Source: a bacterium (GTDB lineage Bacteria > Zhuqueibacterota > Zhuqueibacteria > Oceanimicrobiales > Oceanimicrobiaceae). Taken from it: a stretch of DNA of 40,097 nt. Numbering within the stretch: the stretch's first letter is position 1; each line of letters begins with the position of its first letter. The notes below the pieces were generated by a model that searched no databases, had not been told where the DNA came from, and was given only the letters and a program-made list of their open reading frames with translations. Below are positions 7,989 through 19,366 of this stretch, one piece after another. The DNA is taken from NCBI GenBank assembly GCA_046757165.1, contig JBHHXT010000027.1, forward strand, positions 1 to 40,097, read 5' to 3'. The translations under genes were made by a program, and so were the position numbers.

Positions 7989-8873
7989 ATGCAAAAACGA
8001 CGTTCCGACAAAATATCCATCCTCATCGTCCCCGAGGACAACGCTGAGCCGTACAGCTTGAGGATAAAGACCCGCGTTGTCAAACTTCTCTATGTTGTGA
8101 CTTTCATCCTGGTTGCTCATATTATCACGGGAGCGGTGTTTTATTGGAAATACGTGAGTTTGGCTTCCAGGAATCATAGGCTCATCGCTTTTAACAATCA
8201 ATTACAAGAGGACAACAAGCGAGTCATTGCGTTGGCGGACCAGTTTTACACCCTGGAGAGGGAGTATCAAAAGGTCAGGAGCCTGCTGGGCGTCGAGAAC
8301 CGGGGCCAGACTTTGGAGAATCTTGACGAGTCGCCTGATGCTGCCGGCCTCTTCGACAACATCATGCCAGCGGTTCGCATGGAGAATGCCTCGCGCCCGA
8401 ATCTTTTTGAGCGTAAGGGCCGCTATCTATTAACGCCCAAGAAGAGCAAGCTGCATGACTACGCCGAGAACATGCCGACGTTGCTGCCGGTGAAGGGGAT
8501 TCTGACCCAGGATTTCCAGAAGAACGCGTGGCTGGGTCCCAAGCGACACACGGGGATCGACATTGTCGCCAAGAAGGGTACCGTTACCCGCGCGGCCGGA
8601 GCGGGCACAATTATTTTTGCCAACTGGACGTATGACCTAGGCAATCTGGTGATTATCAACCACGGCAACGGAGTATTTTCCTATTATGGCCACAATCAAC
8701 GTATTCTGAAATCGGAAAAGGGCTTTGTCAAAAAAGGGGAGCCGATTGCGTTATTGGGGACTTCGGGGAAGAGCTCGGGTCCACATTTGCACTTCGAGAT
8801 CTGGAAGGATGGCGAACCAATGGACCCGAAAGAGTACATTTTGGCATTTAATGAACGAATTACGACGAATTAA
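7989..8873 (+). CDS. M23-family metallopeptidase with an N-terminal TM anchor and coiled coil
   Basis: HTGID, YGHN and SSGPHLHFE zinc motifs; TM segment LLYVVTFILVAHIITGAVFYW. Confidence 0.92.
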   Translation: MQKRRSDKISILIVPEDNAEPYSLRIKTRVVKLLYVVTFILVAHIITGAVFYWKYVSLASRNHRLIAFNNQLQEDNKRVIALADQFYTLEREYQKVRSLLGVENRGQTLENLDESPDAAGLFDNIMPAVRMENASRPNLFERKGRYLLTPKKSKLHDYAENMPTLLPVKGILTQDFQKNAWLGPKRHTGIDIVAKKGTVTRAAGAGTIIFANWTYDLGNLVIINHGNGVFSYYGHNQRILKSEKGFVKKGEPIALLGTSGKSSGPHLHFEIWKDGEPMDPKEYILAFNERITTN

Positions 8874-8907
8874 ATGAAACCGAAGTTCGGCTAACCGGGG
8901 AGAATTA

Positions 8908-9357
8908 ATGTTGGGAAAAAAGAGTTTTGATGAAATGAGCAGCGGGGGCAACCTGAATACCATTATCGGAAAAGGGTCTTCCTTTGAAGGAACACTCAAA
9001 GTTCAAAGCACGCTGCGCGTCGATGGCAAAGTAAAAGGCACGGTCACCACCAGTGAGTCGCTTGTCATCGGCAAAGAGGGCGCTCTGGACGGCGACATCA
9101 CTGTGCGCAATGCGATCGTCGGAGGCAAGCTGAAAGGCAAGCTGGTCGCATCGGGCAAGGTGGTGCTCGAGGCAAACTCCGTCTTCAATGGCGAGCTCAA
9201 AACCACCAAGCTGGTGATTGATGAGGGCGCCATTTTCGAAGGCAACTGCTCTATGGGACTGGCCGCCGAGCTGGAAAAGAAAGCAGAATACCCCAGGAGC
9301 GTTTCGGCCATCCTTGACAAAAAGGGCGATGCGAAAGAAATAAAAATCGCAAAATAA
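8908..9357 (+). CDS. Bactofilin (polymer-forming cytoskeletal protein, CcmA/BacA family)
   Basis: TIIGKGSSFEG.L.....LRVDG.V.G.V......VIG..G...GDI......VGG...G......V.L......GEL....LVIDEGA.FEG beta-helix pattern. Confidence 0.93.
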   Translation: MLGKKSFDEMSSGGNLNTIIGKGSSFEGTLKVQSTLRVDGKVKGTVTTSESLVIGKEGALDGDITVRNAIVGGKLKGKLVASGKVVLEANSVFNGELKTTKLVIDEGAIFEGNCSMGLAAELEKKAEYPRSVSAILDKKGDAKEIKIAK

Positions 9358-9359
9358 AC

Positions 9360-9605
9360 TTGCAGAATAAGTCTCAGAAATCCAAAAAGGCCATCGGTAC
9401 CGTCGCACCTTATTTGGATCTGGGGTTGAGATTCGCACTGGCGATCTTGCTGGCTACCGGAGGAGGATACTGGCTCGATTTGAAGCTAAACACCATGCCA
9501 CTGTTCTTGATTTTGGGATTGTTTATTGGAGCAACGTCGGGGTTCTTGACTGTTTACAGGGCGGTATACACAGGAAGAGAGAAAGATTCTGACCAGGGTG
9601 AGTGA
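9360..9605 (+). CDS. atpZ: AtpZ/AtpI-family ATP synthase accessory protein
   Basis: LG..FA..I....GGGYWLD..LNT.P.F...G...G...GF; TTG start; first gene of the atp cluster. Confidence 0.85.
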   Translation: MQNKSQKSKKAIGTVAPYLDLGLRFALAILLATGGGYWLDLKLNTMPLFLILGLFIGATSGFLTVYRAVYTGREKDSDQGE

Positions 9606-9993
9606 AAATCTAAGGTTCTTGTTGCAGGTTTGTGGAGTTTCGTCGTTGCTGCTGGCAGCCGTGATTGTGGTCCTCAGGCAGATCGGGAGAGCAGATCTCA
9701 TCCCGGGGGTGGTTTATGGGTATCTGGTAAGCCTCCTGAACATCGCCTCCGCCTATTTTTCCCTCAAGTGGGCCTTTGATAAATCCACAACAACTTTTTT
9801 TGCTGTTGTCTTAGGTGGTATGGGAATCAGGATTCTGATTCTCGGTGCTGCCCTTTTTTTTGTGTGGAAATTCACTCAGATCCCGTTGGTCGGATTCGTT
9901 GTTTCCCTGGTTGGGTTCTATCTCCTGTTACAATTCGTTGAGATTCGGTTCGTTCACAGAAGCTTAGCTGGTAGAAAGGCAGCGACGTCATAA
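9598..9993 (+). CDS. atpI: ATP synthase protein I (4 TM helices)
   Basis: Hydrophobic 4-TM protein directly before atpB; GTG start. Confidence 0.75.
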   Translation: MSENLRFLLQVCGVSSLLLAAVIVVLRQIGRADLIPGVVYGYLVSLLNIASAYFSLKWAFDKSTTTFFAVVLGGMGIRILILGAALFFVWKFTQIPLVGFVVSLVGFYLLLQFVEIRFVHRSLAGRKAATS

Positions 9994-10800
9994 ATGATTG
10001 CGCCTTTAACCAACATTTTGCCGTTCGTCGGTGACGGCGGCGATGGCCACCAACAACTGGGGTCGGAGTTCATCATGCACCACATCCAGGACCACGTCGT
10101 GTGGGAGTTACACGTTTTGGGCCTGGATATTTCCATCACCAAGAACGTGCTCATGATGTGGATTGCCTCCGGCATTCTGATCTCGCTGCTCACGCTGGCG
10201 TTTCGCCGGCCAAAGATGATTCCTACCGGGCTGGCGAACTTTTTCGAGTTCATCGTTTTGTATCTCGAACAAGAAGTCATGAAGCCATACCTGGGCGATG
10301 ACAGCCGCAAGTACGCTCCGTATCTGCTGACGGCTTTCTTCTTCGTGTTGACATGCAATTTGATGGGACTGATCCCGGGCGCGGCCACGGCCACCGGGGA
10401 TATTGGCGTCACAGCAGCTCTGGCCCTGTTGACTTTTACCATGGTCCAGGTCGCCGGGATCAAGAATCACGGCCTGATCGGCTATTGTAAAGGCCTGATT
10501 CCGCCGGGGTTGCCGGTTTTCATCCTGCCCATCATGGTGCCGGTGGAAGTCGTCGGCTTGCTGACCAAACACGTGGCGCTGGCGATTCGTCTGTTTGCCA
10601 ACATGGTGGCCGGGCATGTCGTTATTTTCGCCTTGCTGCTGATCATTTTCACCTTCAAGAGCTACCTGATCGGCGGCGTGACGCTGGGCGGCATCTTGTT
10701 CGTGAGCATGCTGGAAATTTTGATCGCTATGATTCAAGCGTATATTTTCACGATTCTGTCATCCGTATTCATCGGAATGGCAGTGCATCAGGATCACTAA
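9994..10800 (+). CDS. atpB: F0F1 ATP synthase subunit a
   Basis: LAIRLFANMVAGH and IQAYIFTILS. Confidence 0.97.
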   Translation: MIAPLTNILPFVGDGGDGHQQLGSEFIMHHIQDHVVWELHVLGLDISITKNVLMMWIASGILISLLTLAFRRPKMIPTGLANFFEFIVLYLEQEVMKPYLGDDSRKYAPYLLTAFFFVLTCNLMGLIPGAATATGDIGVTAALALLTFTMVQVAGIKNHGLIGYCKGLIPPGLPVFILPIMVPVEVVGLLTKHVALAIRLFANMVAGHVVIFALLLIIFTFKSYLIGGVTLGGILFVSMLEILIAMIQAYIFTILSSVFIGMAVHQDH

Positions 10801-10829
10801 CATTAAACGAACTTTTAGGAGGATTCTAG

Positions 10830-11060
10830 ATGACTGATTTAGCATTGGCGTTCCTGGCAGCAGGTCTGGGTGCAGGGATTTCCACCATCGGTGGCGCATT
10901 TGGGGTCAGCAAGTTGGCGAGCGCAGCGATGGAAGGCATGGCGAGACAGCCTGAGGCTGCCAACGATATCCGTGGCGCCATGATCATCACCGCAGCCATG
11001 ATCGAAGGCGTGGCGCTGTTGGCACTCGTGATCTGCTTCATGCTAGCCATCAAGGCATAA
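10830..11060 (+). CDS. atpE: F0F1 ATP synthase subunit c (H+-type)
   Basis: ARQPE loop and the IEGVAL ion-binding Glu. Confidence 0.97.
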   Translation: MTDLALAFLAAGLGAGISTIGGAFGVSKLASAAMEGMARQPEAANDIRGAMIITAAMIEGVALLALVICFMLAIKA

Positions 11061-11079
11061 CTTCAAATAGGTGATAGAG

Positions 11080-11574
11080 ATGGAACTACTGACTCCGGCA
11101 ATCGGAACGCTTTTTTGGACCGGCTTGACTTTCGTGCTCTTGCTCCTGATCTTGAAGAAGATGGCCTGGCGGCCGCTGCTGCAGATGCTGGACGAGCGCG
11201 AGAAGAAGATCAAAGAATCTCTCGAAAAGGCTGACCAGGCACAGAAGGAGACGGAAGCCGCGCTTGCCAGGAACCAGGAAATCATGGAGCAGGCGAAGAA
11301 AGAAGCCCAGGCACTGCTCAGCAAGAGCAAGAAGACCGCTGAAGTCACCCGCGATGAAATCGTGAAGAGAGCACAGACGGAAGCCACCCAAATGTTGGAG
11401 AAAGCCAAAAGAGAGATTGTTCAAGAGCGGGAGAAAGCCGTTGAGGCGCTGAGAAATGAGGCGGCTGAGCTTTCCATCCTGATCGCCTCCAAGCTCATTG
11501 GCAAGACTCTGTCCAAGGCGGACCATAAGGATATCATTGAAGGCTCAATAAAACAGATGGTGGAGGCGAATTGA
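11080..11574 (+). CDS. atpF: F0F1 ATP synthase subunit b
   Basis: FW....F..LL.IL.K.AW.P....LDER...I followed by a coiled coil; an alternative GTG start lies at 11071. Confidence 0.95.
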   Translation: MELLTPAIGTLFWTGLTFVLLLLILKKMAWRPLLQMLDEREKKIKESLEKADQAQKETEAALARNQEIMEQAKKEAQALLSKSKKTAEVTRDEIVKRAQTEATQMLEKAKREIVQEREKAVEALRNEAAELSILIASKLIGKTLSKADHKDIIEGSIKQMVEAN

Positions 11575-12125
11575 AAGAGACGGTTCTGGCAAGAAGGTAC
11601 GCCCATGCGCTCTTCGAGTTAGCCGTCGAGCGCGGGATTCTTGAAAGCATAAGCAACGAAGTCGTGTCTTTTGAAAACACCTTGCAATCCAATCGCGGCT
11701 TCCGGCTTTTTCTCTATTCGCAAGGCATTAGCAAAAAAGAAAAAAGGGCAAAAATAGAAGAAGCGCTGCAGGACAAAGTGTCCAACGTCTTTGTCAACTT
11801 TCTGCATGTTTTGCTCGAGAAGAATCGTGAGCGTGTTTTCCCTACCATTGCCACGGAGTTTCGCCTCCTGCTGGACAACCATCATAAGAGGACACGCGCC
11901 TCGACCATCACTGCCGTTCGACTGGAGAAGAAAACCCTGGCAAAATTGAAATCGATTCTGGATAAAGCATTTGACAAGGACGTGCAAATCGACAATCATA
12001 TCGATGAATCGATTCTCGGCGGCATCGTCGTCAATGTCGACGGCCGGCTGCTGGACGGCAGTTTGCGTAGTCAGCTCCGGCGGCTGGAAAGCCAGTTGTT
12101 GGGGCGCACCAACTCAAAGCATTAG
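11571..12125 (+). CDS. atpH: F0F1 ATP synthase subunit delta
   Basis: ARRYA.ALF and D.SILGG.VV......DGS...QL; TTG start. Confidence 0.95.
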   Translation: MKETVLARRYAHALFELAVERGILESISNEVVSFENTLQSNRGFRLFLYSQGISKKEKRAKIEEALQDKVSNVFVNFLHVLLEKNRERVFPTIATEFRLLLDNHHKRTRASTITAVRLEKKTLAKLKSILDKAFDKDVQIDNHIDESILGGIVVNVDGRLLDGSLRSQLRRLESQLLGRTNSKH

Positions 12126-12172
12126 CAGGGCTTCTGAACTCACTAATCCTAACGTGGAGGTTTTGAGAAAGG

Positions 12173-13687
12173 ATGGAAATACGTCCTGACGAAATAACGA
12201 CTATCATCAAGAAGCAGATCGAGGGGTTCGAAGCGGCTGTCGAGCTGGAAGAAGTCGGAGAGGTGGTTCAGGTCGGAGACGGTATCGCGCGTGTGTATGG
12301 TCTGGAGCAGGTCATGGCCGGCGAGCTGATCGAATTCCCCGGCGGTCTGTATGGCATGGCGTTGAACCTGGAAGAGGACAACGTCGGCTGTGTGCTCTTC
12401 GGCGAGGACACGCATGTGAAGGAAGGCGATACCGCGAAGCGCACCGGTCGCATCATCGAGCTCCCGGTCGGCGAGGCGATGTTGGGACGCGTCATCAATC
12501 CGCTCGGTCACCCCATCGATGGCAAAGGCCCGGTCAAGACCAAAGAAAAACGAATTATCGAGACGAAAGCCAAAGGCGTTGTGCAGCGCCAGCCTGTGAA
12601 GGAACCGTTGCAAACAGGTCTTAAAGCCATCGACTCGATGATTCCCATCGGCCGCGGCCAGCGTGAGCTGATCATCGGGGACCGCCAGACCGGCAAGACC
12701 GCTGTCGCCATCGATACCATCATCAATCAAAAAGAAACCGATGTTTTTTGCATCTACGTCGCCATTGGTCAGAAGGCCTCCAGCGTCGCGAAAGTCGTGA
12801 AGATTCTGGCGGATGCGGGCGCCATGGAGTACACGGTGGTGATTGCAGCCTCTGCCAGCGAGGCCGCGCCTTTGCAGTACATCGCGCCCTACAGCGGGGC
12901 AACGCTCGGCGAGTTCTTTCGCGACAACGGCAAGCACGCGCTGGTGATCTACGATGATCTGTCGAAGCACGCGTGGGCCTACCGGCAGATGGCATTGCTG
13001 TTGCGTCGGCCGCCCGGGCGCGAGGCGTATCCCGGCGACGTCTTCTATTTGCACTCCCGCTTGCTGGAGCGTGCAGCCAAGCTCAGCGATGACCTGGGCG
13101 GCGGCTCTTTGACCGCTCTGCCGATCATCGAAACCCAGGCCGGGGACGTGTCGGCCTACATCCCGACCAACGTGATTTCGATTACCGACGGCCAGATCTA
13201 CCTGGAATCCGACTTGTTCTACTCGGGCATCCGTCCGGCGATCAACGTCGGTCTCTCGGTGTCCCGTGTGGGCGGCAATGCTCAAATCAAGGCCATGAAG
13301 CAAGTCGCAGGTCGTTTGCGTCTGGATCTGGCGCAGTTTCGCGAGCTGGAAGCGTTCGCCAAGTTCGGCTCCGATTTGGACAAAACGACGCTGGCCCAAA
13401 TCACGCGCGGGCAGCGTATGGTTGAGATCCTGAAACAGGTGCAGTATGCACCGCTGCCGGTGGAAAAGCAAATCACGATTATTTTCCTGGGCGTCAACGG
13501 GTACCTGGACGCGGTCCCGGTTGGACAGATCCAGCGCTTGGAAGGTGAATTCCACCAGTTCATGGAATCCAACTATTCGGCGCTGCTCGAGGAGATTGCT
13601 GACAAGCAAGCGCTCGACGATGATTTGCGCAAGAAACTGGCCTCTGCCTGTGACGATTTCTTTAAGATTTTTTCGGTGGAAGAATAA
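12173..13687 (+). CDS. atpA: F0F1 ATP synthase subunit alpha
   Basis: GDRQTGKT and [21 protein letters not shown]. Confidence 0.99.
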   Translation: MEIRPDEITTIIKKQIEGFEAAVELEEVGEVVQVGDGIARVYGLEQVMAGELIEFPGGLYGMALNLEEDNVGCVLFGEDTHVKEGDTAKRTGRIIELPVGEAMLGRVINPLGHPIDGKGPVKTKEKRIIETKAKGVVQRQPVKEPLQTGLKAIDSMIPIGRGQRELIIGDRQTGKTAVAIDTIINQKETDVFCIYVAIGQKASSVAKVVKILADAGAMEYTVVIAASASEAAPLQYIAPYSGATLGEFFRDNGKHALVIYDDLSKHAWAYRQMALLLRRPPGREAYPGDVFYLHSRLLERAAKLSDDLGGGSLTALPIIETQAGDVSAYIPTNVISITDGQIYLESDLFYSGIRPAINVGLSVSRVGGNAQIKAMKQVAGRLRLDLAQFRELEAFAKFGSDLDKTTLAQITRGQRMVEILKQVQYAPLPVEKQITIIFLGVNGYLDAVPVGQIQRLEGEFHQFMESNYSALLEEIADKQALDDDLRKKLASACDDFFKIFSVEE

Positions 13688-14554
13688 TTGGCTACGCTAA
13701 GAGATATCAAGAGACGCATCACCAGCGTCAAGAGCACGCAGCAGATCACCAAGGCGATGAAAATGGTGGCGGCGGCCAAGCTGCGCCGGGCGCAGGAACG
13801 ATTGCTTGACGCCCGCCCGTATGCGGAAGGGTTGAAAACGGTTCTGGCGCACGTTGCGGCGCAGGAAGCCAGCACCCTGCATCCACTTCTGGCCGTGCGC
13901 GAACCGAAGCACATTTGCTATCTGGTGGTGACTTCAGACCGCGGGCTATGCGGCAGCTTCAACGCCAACATCAACCGCCGCGCCAAAGCTGAAGTCGATG
14001 GTTGCAACGAGGCGACTTCGGTCAAAATCATCAACTTTGGCCGCAAAGGGTTTGAGTTTTTCGGACGCAGAGGATACGAGATCCACGAGAAATTCATCAA
14101 TCTCTTCAACGAGCTGGATTTCAACCATGCCGTCCAGGTGTCGAGTTTGATTCAAAAGCGCTACCGGGCGAAGGAGTTTGACCGGGTGTATGCGGTTTAT
14201 AACCGCTTCAAAACCGCCGGCACACAAATCCTGACCGTGGAGCAACTGCTGCCGATCGAGCCGGAGATGCCGGAAGCGGGAAAATACGAGCCGGTCGGCT
14301 TCTTGTATGAGCCTTCCGCCACCGAAATTCTCGAGACGATTATTCCGAAGAACTTGAATATCCAGATCTGGCGCATGTTGCTGGAGTCGTATGCGGCCGA
14401 GCAAGGGGCGCGTATGGTGGCAATGGATTCGGCGACCGAGAACGCGCACGAGATGATCTACCAGTTGACGTTGAGTTACAACAAAGCACGACAGGCGGCG
14501 ATTACCAAGGAAATCCTGGAAATCGTGGGCGGCGCCGAGGCGTTGCAGGGGTAA
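13688..14554 (+). CDS. atpG: F0F1 ATP synthase subunit gamma
   Basis: ITKAMKMVAAAKL, DRGLCG and RQAAITKEI; TTG start. Confidence 0.98.
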   Translation: MATLRDIKRRITSVKSTQQITKAMKMVAAAKLRRAQERLLDARPYAEGLKTVLAHVAAQEASTLHPLLAVREPKHICYLVVTSDRGLCGSFNANINRRAKAEVDGCNEATSVKIINFGRKGFEFFGRRGYEIHEKFINLFNELDFNHAVQVSSLIQKRYRAKEFDRVYAVYNRFKTAGTQILTVEQLLPIEPEMPEAGKYEPVGFLYEPSATEILETIIPKNLNIQIWRMLLESYAAEQGARMVAMDSATENAHEMIYQLTLSYNKARQAAITKEILEIVGGAEALQG

Positions 14555-14586
14555 ATCTGTAAACCAAAGTAAAGGAAACATCATAG

Positions 14587-15987
<1,401 letters not shown>

Positions 15988-16020
15988 TACACGAATCGTA
16001 AATACGATTATGCCTTTGGT

Positions 16021-16100
16021 CTCACGCAAAGACGCCAGGCTCGCAGAGTGTGCTTGTTTTTGACCATCATTTCTCTGCGGACTTTGCGGCTTTGCGTGAG
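16021..16100. repeat. REP-like long imperfect inverted repeat between atpD and atpC
   Basis: CTCACGCAAAG...CGCAGAG / CTCTGCG...CTTTGCGTGAG. The left arm recurs at 23754-23781 (25/28). Confidence 0.75.
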
Positions 16101-16178
16101 GCGGTATGGTTTCGAATTTATGAAAACCAATACTTGGTTTTTGGCGGATTCTTACTGGACGACTGAAGCAAACAACCT

Positions 16179-16583
16179 ATGATCCCACAGAAGATCAACC
16201 TCGAGATCCTGACCCCCGAGGCGAAGGTTTACGCCGCCGAAGTCTCATCTGTCAGCGCGCCAGGCGTGCAGGGGTATTTTGGTGTTTATCCGGGCCATAC
16301 CCCATTTGTCACCGCTCTGCGCATTGGCGAGATCAAGATTGATGTCGATGGGAAAGTCGTGCGTTTTGCGGCCAGCGGCGGGGTGGCGGAAGTTTTGCCC
16401 CATCACATTTCCCTTCTGGTGGAGACCTGTGAGCATGCTGGCGAAATCGACGTAAAGCGAGCGGAATCCGCCCGAGATCGCGCTCGCGGCCGCATCGAAA
16501 AAGGACGCCAGAGCTGGGATGTGGCGCGGGCCGAGATCGCGCTGGCACGGGCGATAAACCGGATCAAAATTGCGACAAAATAG
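16179..16583 (+). CDS. atpC: F0F1 ATP synthase subunit epsilon
   Basis: LEILTPE, G.FGV.PGH.P, SGG.AEV and ID..RAE.A..RA. Confidence 0.96.
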   Translation: MIPQKINLEILTPEAKVYAAEVSSVSAPGVQGYFGVYPGHTPFVTALRIGEIKIDVDGKVVRFAASGGVAEVLPHHISLLVETCEHAGEIDVKRAESARDRARGRIEKGRQSWDVARAEIALARAINRIKIATK

Positions 16584-16621
16584 CGCTACTGCCTGACCTC
16601 TCTGAGCGCGATGACCTCGTA

Positions 16622-16999
16622 TCAGGACCGACGAGCCGATGCAGGAAGCTTGAAATAGGCCTCTCTTTCCATCTCTCGCATCTCGACGGTTATCTGCACG
16701 CCCGTGGGGGTCATCGCCGCCTGATAACATGAGTGCACCCTGGACAGGAGCGCTTCTCCGATTTTGCGCTTCAACTCCAGTGGCCGTCCGGTCAAGAATC
16801 GGACTTCGAGGTGAACAAATGCCTGGTTGCCAGAGCCGTCGCCGACCAGATACTCCTCGACCCTCCTGGCTCTGCTTTTGCAATTCTCGATTTCGATCCC
16901 GCCGACACGTTCCAGCACCTGATGCAGTTCAAGGAAGAGGGTCTGAAAGTCGACTTCCAGATGGATGTTGCTTGTATATTCCAGGGTCAGATGTGGCAT
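16622..16999 (-). CDS. 5-carboxymethyl-2-hydroxymuconate isomerase family protein (tautomerase fold)
   Basis: N-terminal MPHLTLEYTSN with catalytic Pro1, KSRA, Y.VGDG and AFVH..V....GR. Confidence 0.85.
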   Translation of the reverse strand: MPHLTLEYTSNIHLEVDFQTLFLELHQVLERVGGIEIENCKSRARRVEEYLVGDGSGNQAFVHLEVRFLTGRPLELKRKIGEALLSRVHSCYQAAMTPTGVQITVEMREMEREAYFKLPASARRS

Positions 17000-17177
17000 G
17001 AATACTCTCCCCAATATGGCTCCTTGCATGAAGAGGCGTCGTTGAGGCGAACAGATCCAACACAGTCCCTGACTGTGTTTTGGTGTTCTGGCCGGCCCCC
17101 CGGACCTCAAATACACGGTGCAGAGAGCCTGTCGGATCGGTGCTTGATCAGAATACGCCAGGTTTTGCAACGACGCA

Positions 17178-19352
17178 CTAGCGCACGGCGCTTTCAACCT
17201 CCTGGACTTCAATCACCTTTTTCGTCCCGGCACGTTCAGGCCGCACCGCCTTCTTGCCTGCCGGGGAGTTCAGCATCTGCTGTGTCAACTGGTAGCCCAG
17301 CTCACGATATGATTCAAACTGCTCCTCGTCAAAGAATTGGTCGGCGGTGGATTGGTCGGGAAAAGAGGGATTGGCACTCTTGTAGCCATAGATATCGGCC
17401 GGCAATCCCTGCGTCAACGTGGATTTCATGTAGATGAGCGTGCCTTTTGAGCCATCGTGATAGGTGATATCGGCAACAGCGTAGCCGCGTTTTGCGAGCT
17501 TGTATTTCTCCGCGAACAGGCCCTCAGCCGAGCCGGGCAGCACCTCTTCCAGCCTGGCGTCGGTGTGGAAGCGAATCTTGGCGCCGAAGTCGACTCGAGC
17601 TCGTTCGACAGCATTTGCCAGATCTCCAAAGTGGAACTCCGGGTCTGCACCGGCATCAGAGACGATGATGAGACTGATCTGGCGCCGGATGAGCTCGTAG
17701 AGCGCCAGGTTTTCGAAGTGGCCGCCGTCTGTGAGCTCGATCATGCGTTTGTTTTCGCTCAGGCCGGCGCCGAGGATATCCGCGGTGAGGCCGGGGATGA
17801 TGAAGTTCGGTGGGAACGGCAGATGCTTTTTCGGCTCTGCATTCGGCGCCCAATAGCCGAGTCGCAGGTTGAGCAAACCCATCAGCATCGAGACCAGTTG
17901 GTTGCGCATCAGACCCTTTCCGCCGACGCCGGTGTCCGGGTTGACTGCGGCGCCGGAGATGGCCATGGCAGTGGCGAGGGTCATCCCCCGGCTGCCGCGC
18001 TTCATATAGGTGCTGGTGCGGCACCACCCGGTGGCGTCGCTGCCACAGTACAGCGGCGAAAGCAGGAAGCTGTCGCCGCCCCGGCCACGAAATTTTGTCG
18101 TCGGAGAATCAACCAGAACAATGTTTGCGTTGACGAGATGGTAGGGCCGGGTGTGATCGCCACGACACATTTTTTCCAGCAAACCGCCATCCGCCTGGGT
18201 AGCGGCTCCCCACTGGTTGTGCAAGACGCTCTCTGCGTCCGGCATGAAGGTTTCCATCAAGCGGTCGCGATACATACGATGAAACCCGATATAATTGAGA
18301 TTGACTACGAATCCGAGAATTGCTGCCCCTGCCACCAATACAGCAAAAAGAACGGGGCTCGTCACCAGATGTGCCAGGATGAAAGCGGATAGCAGCATAC
18401 CATAGATGAGCAAGAACGCTCCGGCCACGATACGCAGGGTGGATATCTTGCCCCCGTCCCGGGCGTTCGGGTCTTGCGACTTTCGATGCTGCAAAAAGCC
18501 GGATATGGCGCCGGTGATTGTAGAGGCGCCAGCGGCGGTAATTTGCTGCCAAAGCCCTCCCAACAAATCGTGCACATAAGGCAAGGATCCGATGAGGGCG
18601 CACGCGAACACGATTGTCCAGCCGAGTCCGAATCCCTTTTGCCCGGCGATCAGCTCTTTGTAGCGCCGGACGCCTTTTGCGCTAGACAAGACTGTTCTCA
18701 GGGAAAATATCAGGCTTGCGACCACCATCCCTACGATGACAGCCGCGGCCAGCCAGATCAGGAAGCCAGGCTGCATCTGAGGTGCAACTGGTGAGCCGAG
18801 CATTTGGGCGGCCGAAAACGGCTCAAAAACGCCACTCCAACGCAAGACAACCATTGTCACGGTGAAAATGCCAAGATAGACGAGCAGAGAGACAAACATG
18901 CTGCGCAGCGCGACGCCCAGGAGCGAGATGGCGTTCAGCCCATGACCGGGTGTGAGATACTTGCCATGTTGCCGAATAAAGTCAAGCACGAGATTGCCTT
19001 GTTTGTCCCGAATGCGGCAACCGGCATCACTTTGTCCCAGGGGAAAATTCGACCTGTCGGTGCCGGCCGGGTCGCCGCCTGGCAGGCCTTTGTGCAGAAA
19101 CCAGGTCAGGGCTGAGCCAATGTACCCTCCCCCTGAGACTGTGGACAGGTAGTCGATCTTCTTCATGACGCCGTTGGCCACGAGAGCCTGCATCACCCCC
19201 AAACCGAAAGAGGCAGACCGGATGCCACCGCCTGAAATGGCGAGGCCCCAGAGATTCTTCTTTTTCTTGATATGGCCGAGTTCTTGTTGGATGACCTCCT
19301 TTGCGCTCCTGGTGTACTTGGCGGAATTTGCGCTACTGTCTGTTTTTATCAT
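17178..19352 (-). CDS. Patatin/cPLA2-like phospholipase with multiple TM segments
   Basis: GLAISGGGIRSA, YLSTVSGGG (Ser nucleophile) and LTDGGHFENL (Asp); several hydrophobic helices; AGGAGG RBS. Confidence 0.88.
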   Translation of the reverse strand: MIKTDSSANSAKYTRSAKEVIQQELGHIKKKKNLWGLAISGGGIRSASFGLGVMQALVANGVMKKIDYLSTVSGGGYIGSALTWFLHKGLPGGDPAGTDRSNFPLGQSDAGCRIRDKQGNLVLDFIRQHGKYLTPGHGLNAISLLGVALRSMFVSLLVYLGIFTVTMVVLRWSGVFEPFSAAQMLGSPVAPQMQPGFLIWLAAAVIVGMVVASLIFSLRTVLSSAKGVRRYKELIAGQKGFGLGWTIVFACALIGSLPYVHDLLGGLWQQITAAGASTITGAISGFLQHRKSQDPNARDGGKISTLRIVAGAFLLIYGMLLSAFILAHLVTSPVLFAVLVAGAAILGFVVNLNYIGFHRMYRDRLMETFMPDAESVLHNQWGAATQADGGLLEKMCRGDHTRPYHLVNANIVLVDSPTTKFRGRGGDSFLLSPLYCGSDATGWCRTSTYMKRGSRGMTLATAMAISGAAVNPDTGVGGKGLMRNQLVSMLMGLLNLRLGYWAPNAEPKKHLPFPPNFIIPGLTADILGAGLSENKRMIELTDGGHFENLALYELIRRQISLIIVSDAGADPEFHFGDLANAVERARVDFGAKIRFHTDARLEEVLPGSAEGLFAEKYKLAKRGYAVADITYHDGSKGTLIYMKSTLTQGLPADIYGYKSANPSFPDQSTADQFFDEEQFESYRELGYQLTQQMLNSPAGKKAVRPERAGTKKVIEVQEVESAVR

Positions 19353-19366
19353 GATCCCTCCTTTGG

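Noticed and set aside
16622..16999. Homoprotocatechuate (hpc/hpa) degradation cluster
   Set aside because: The isomerase-family gene stands alone, with no dioxygenase, dehydrogenase or decarboxylase nearby.
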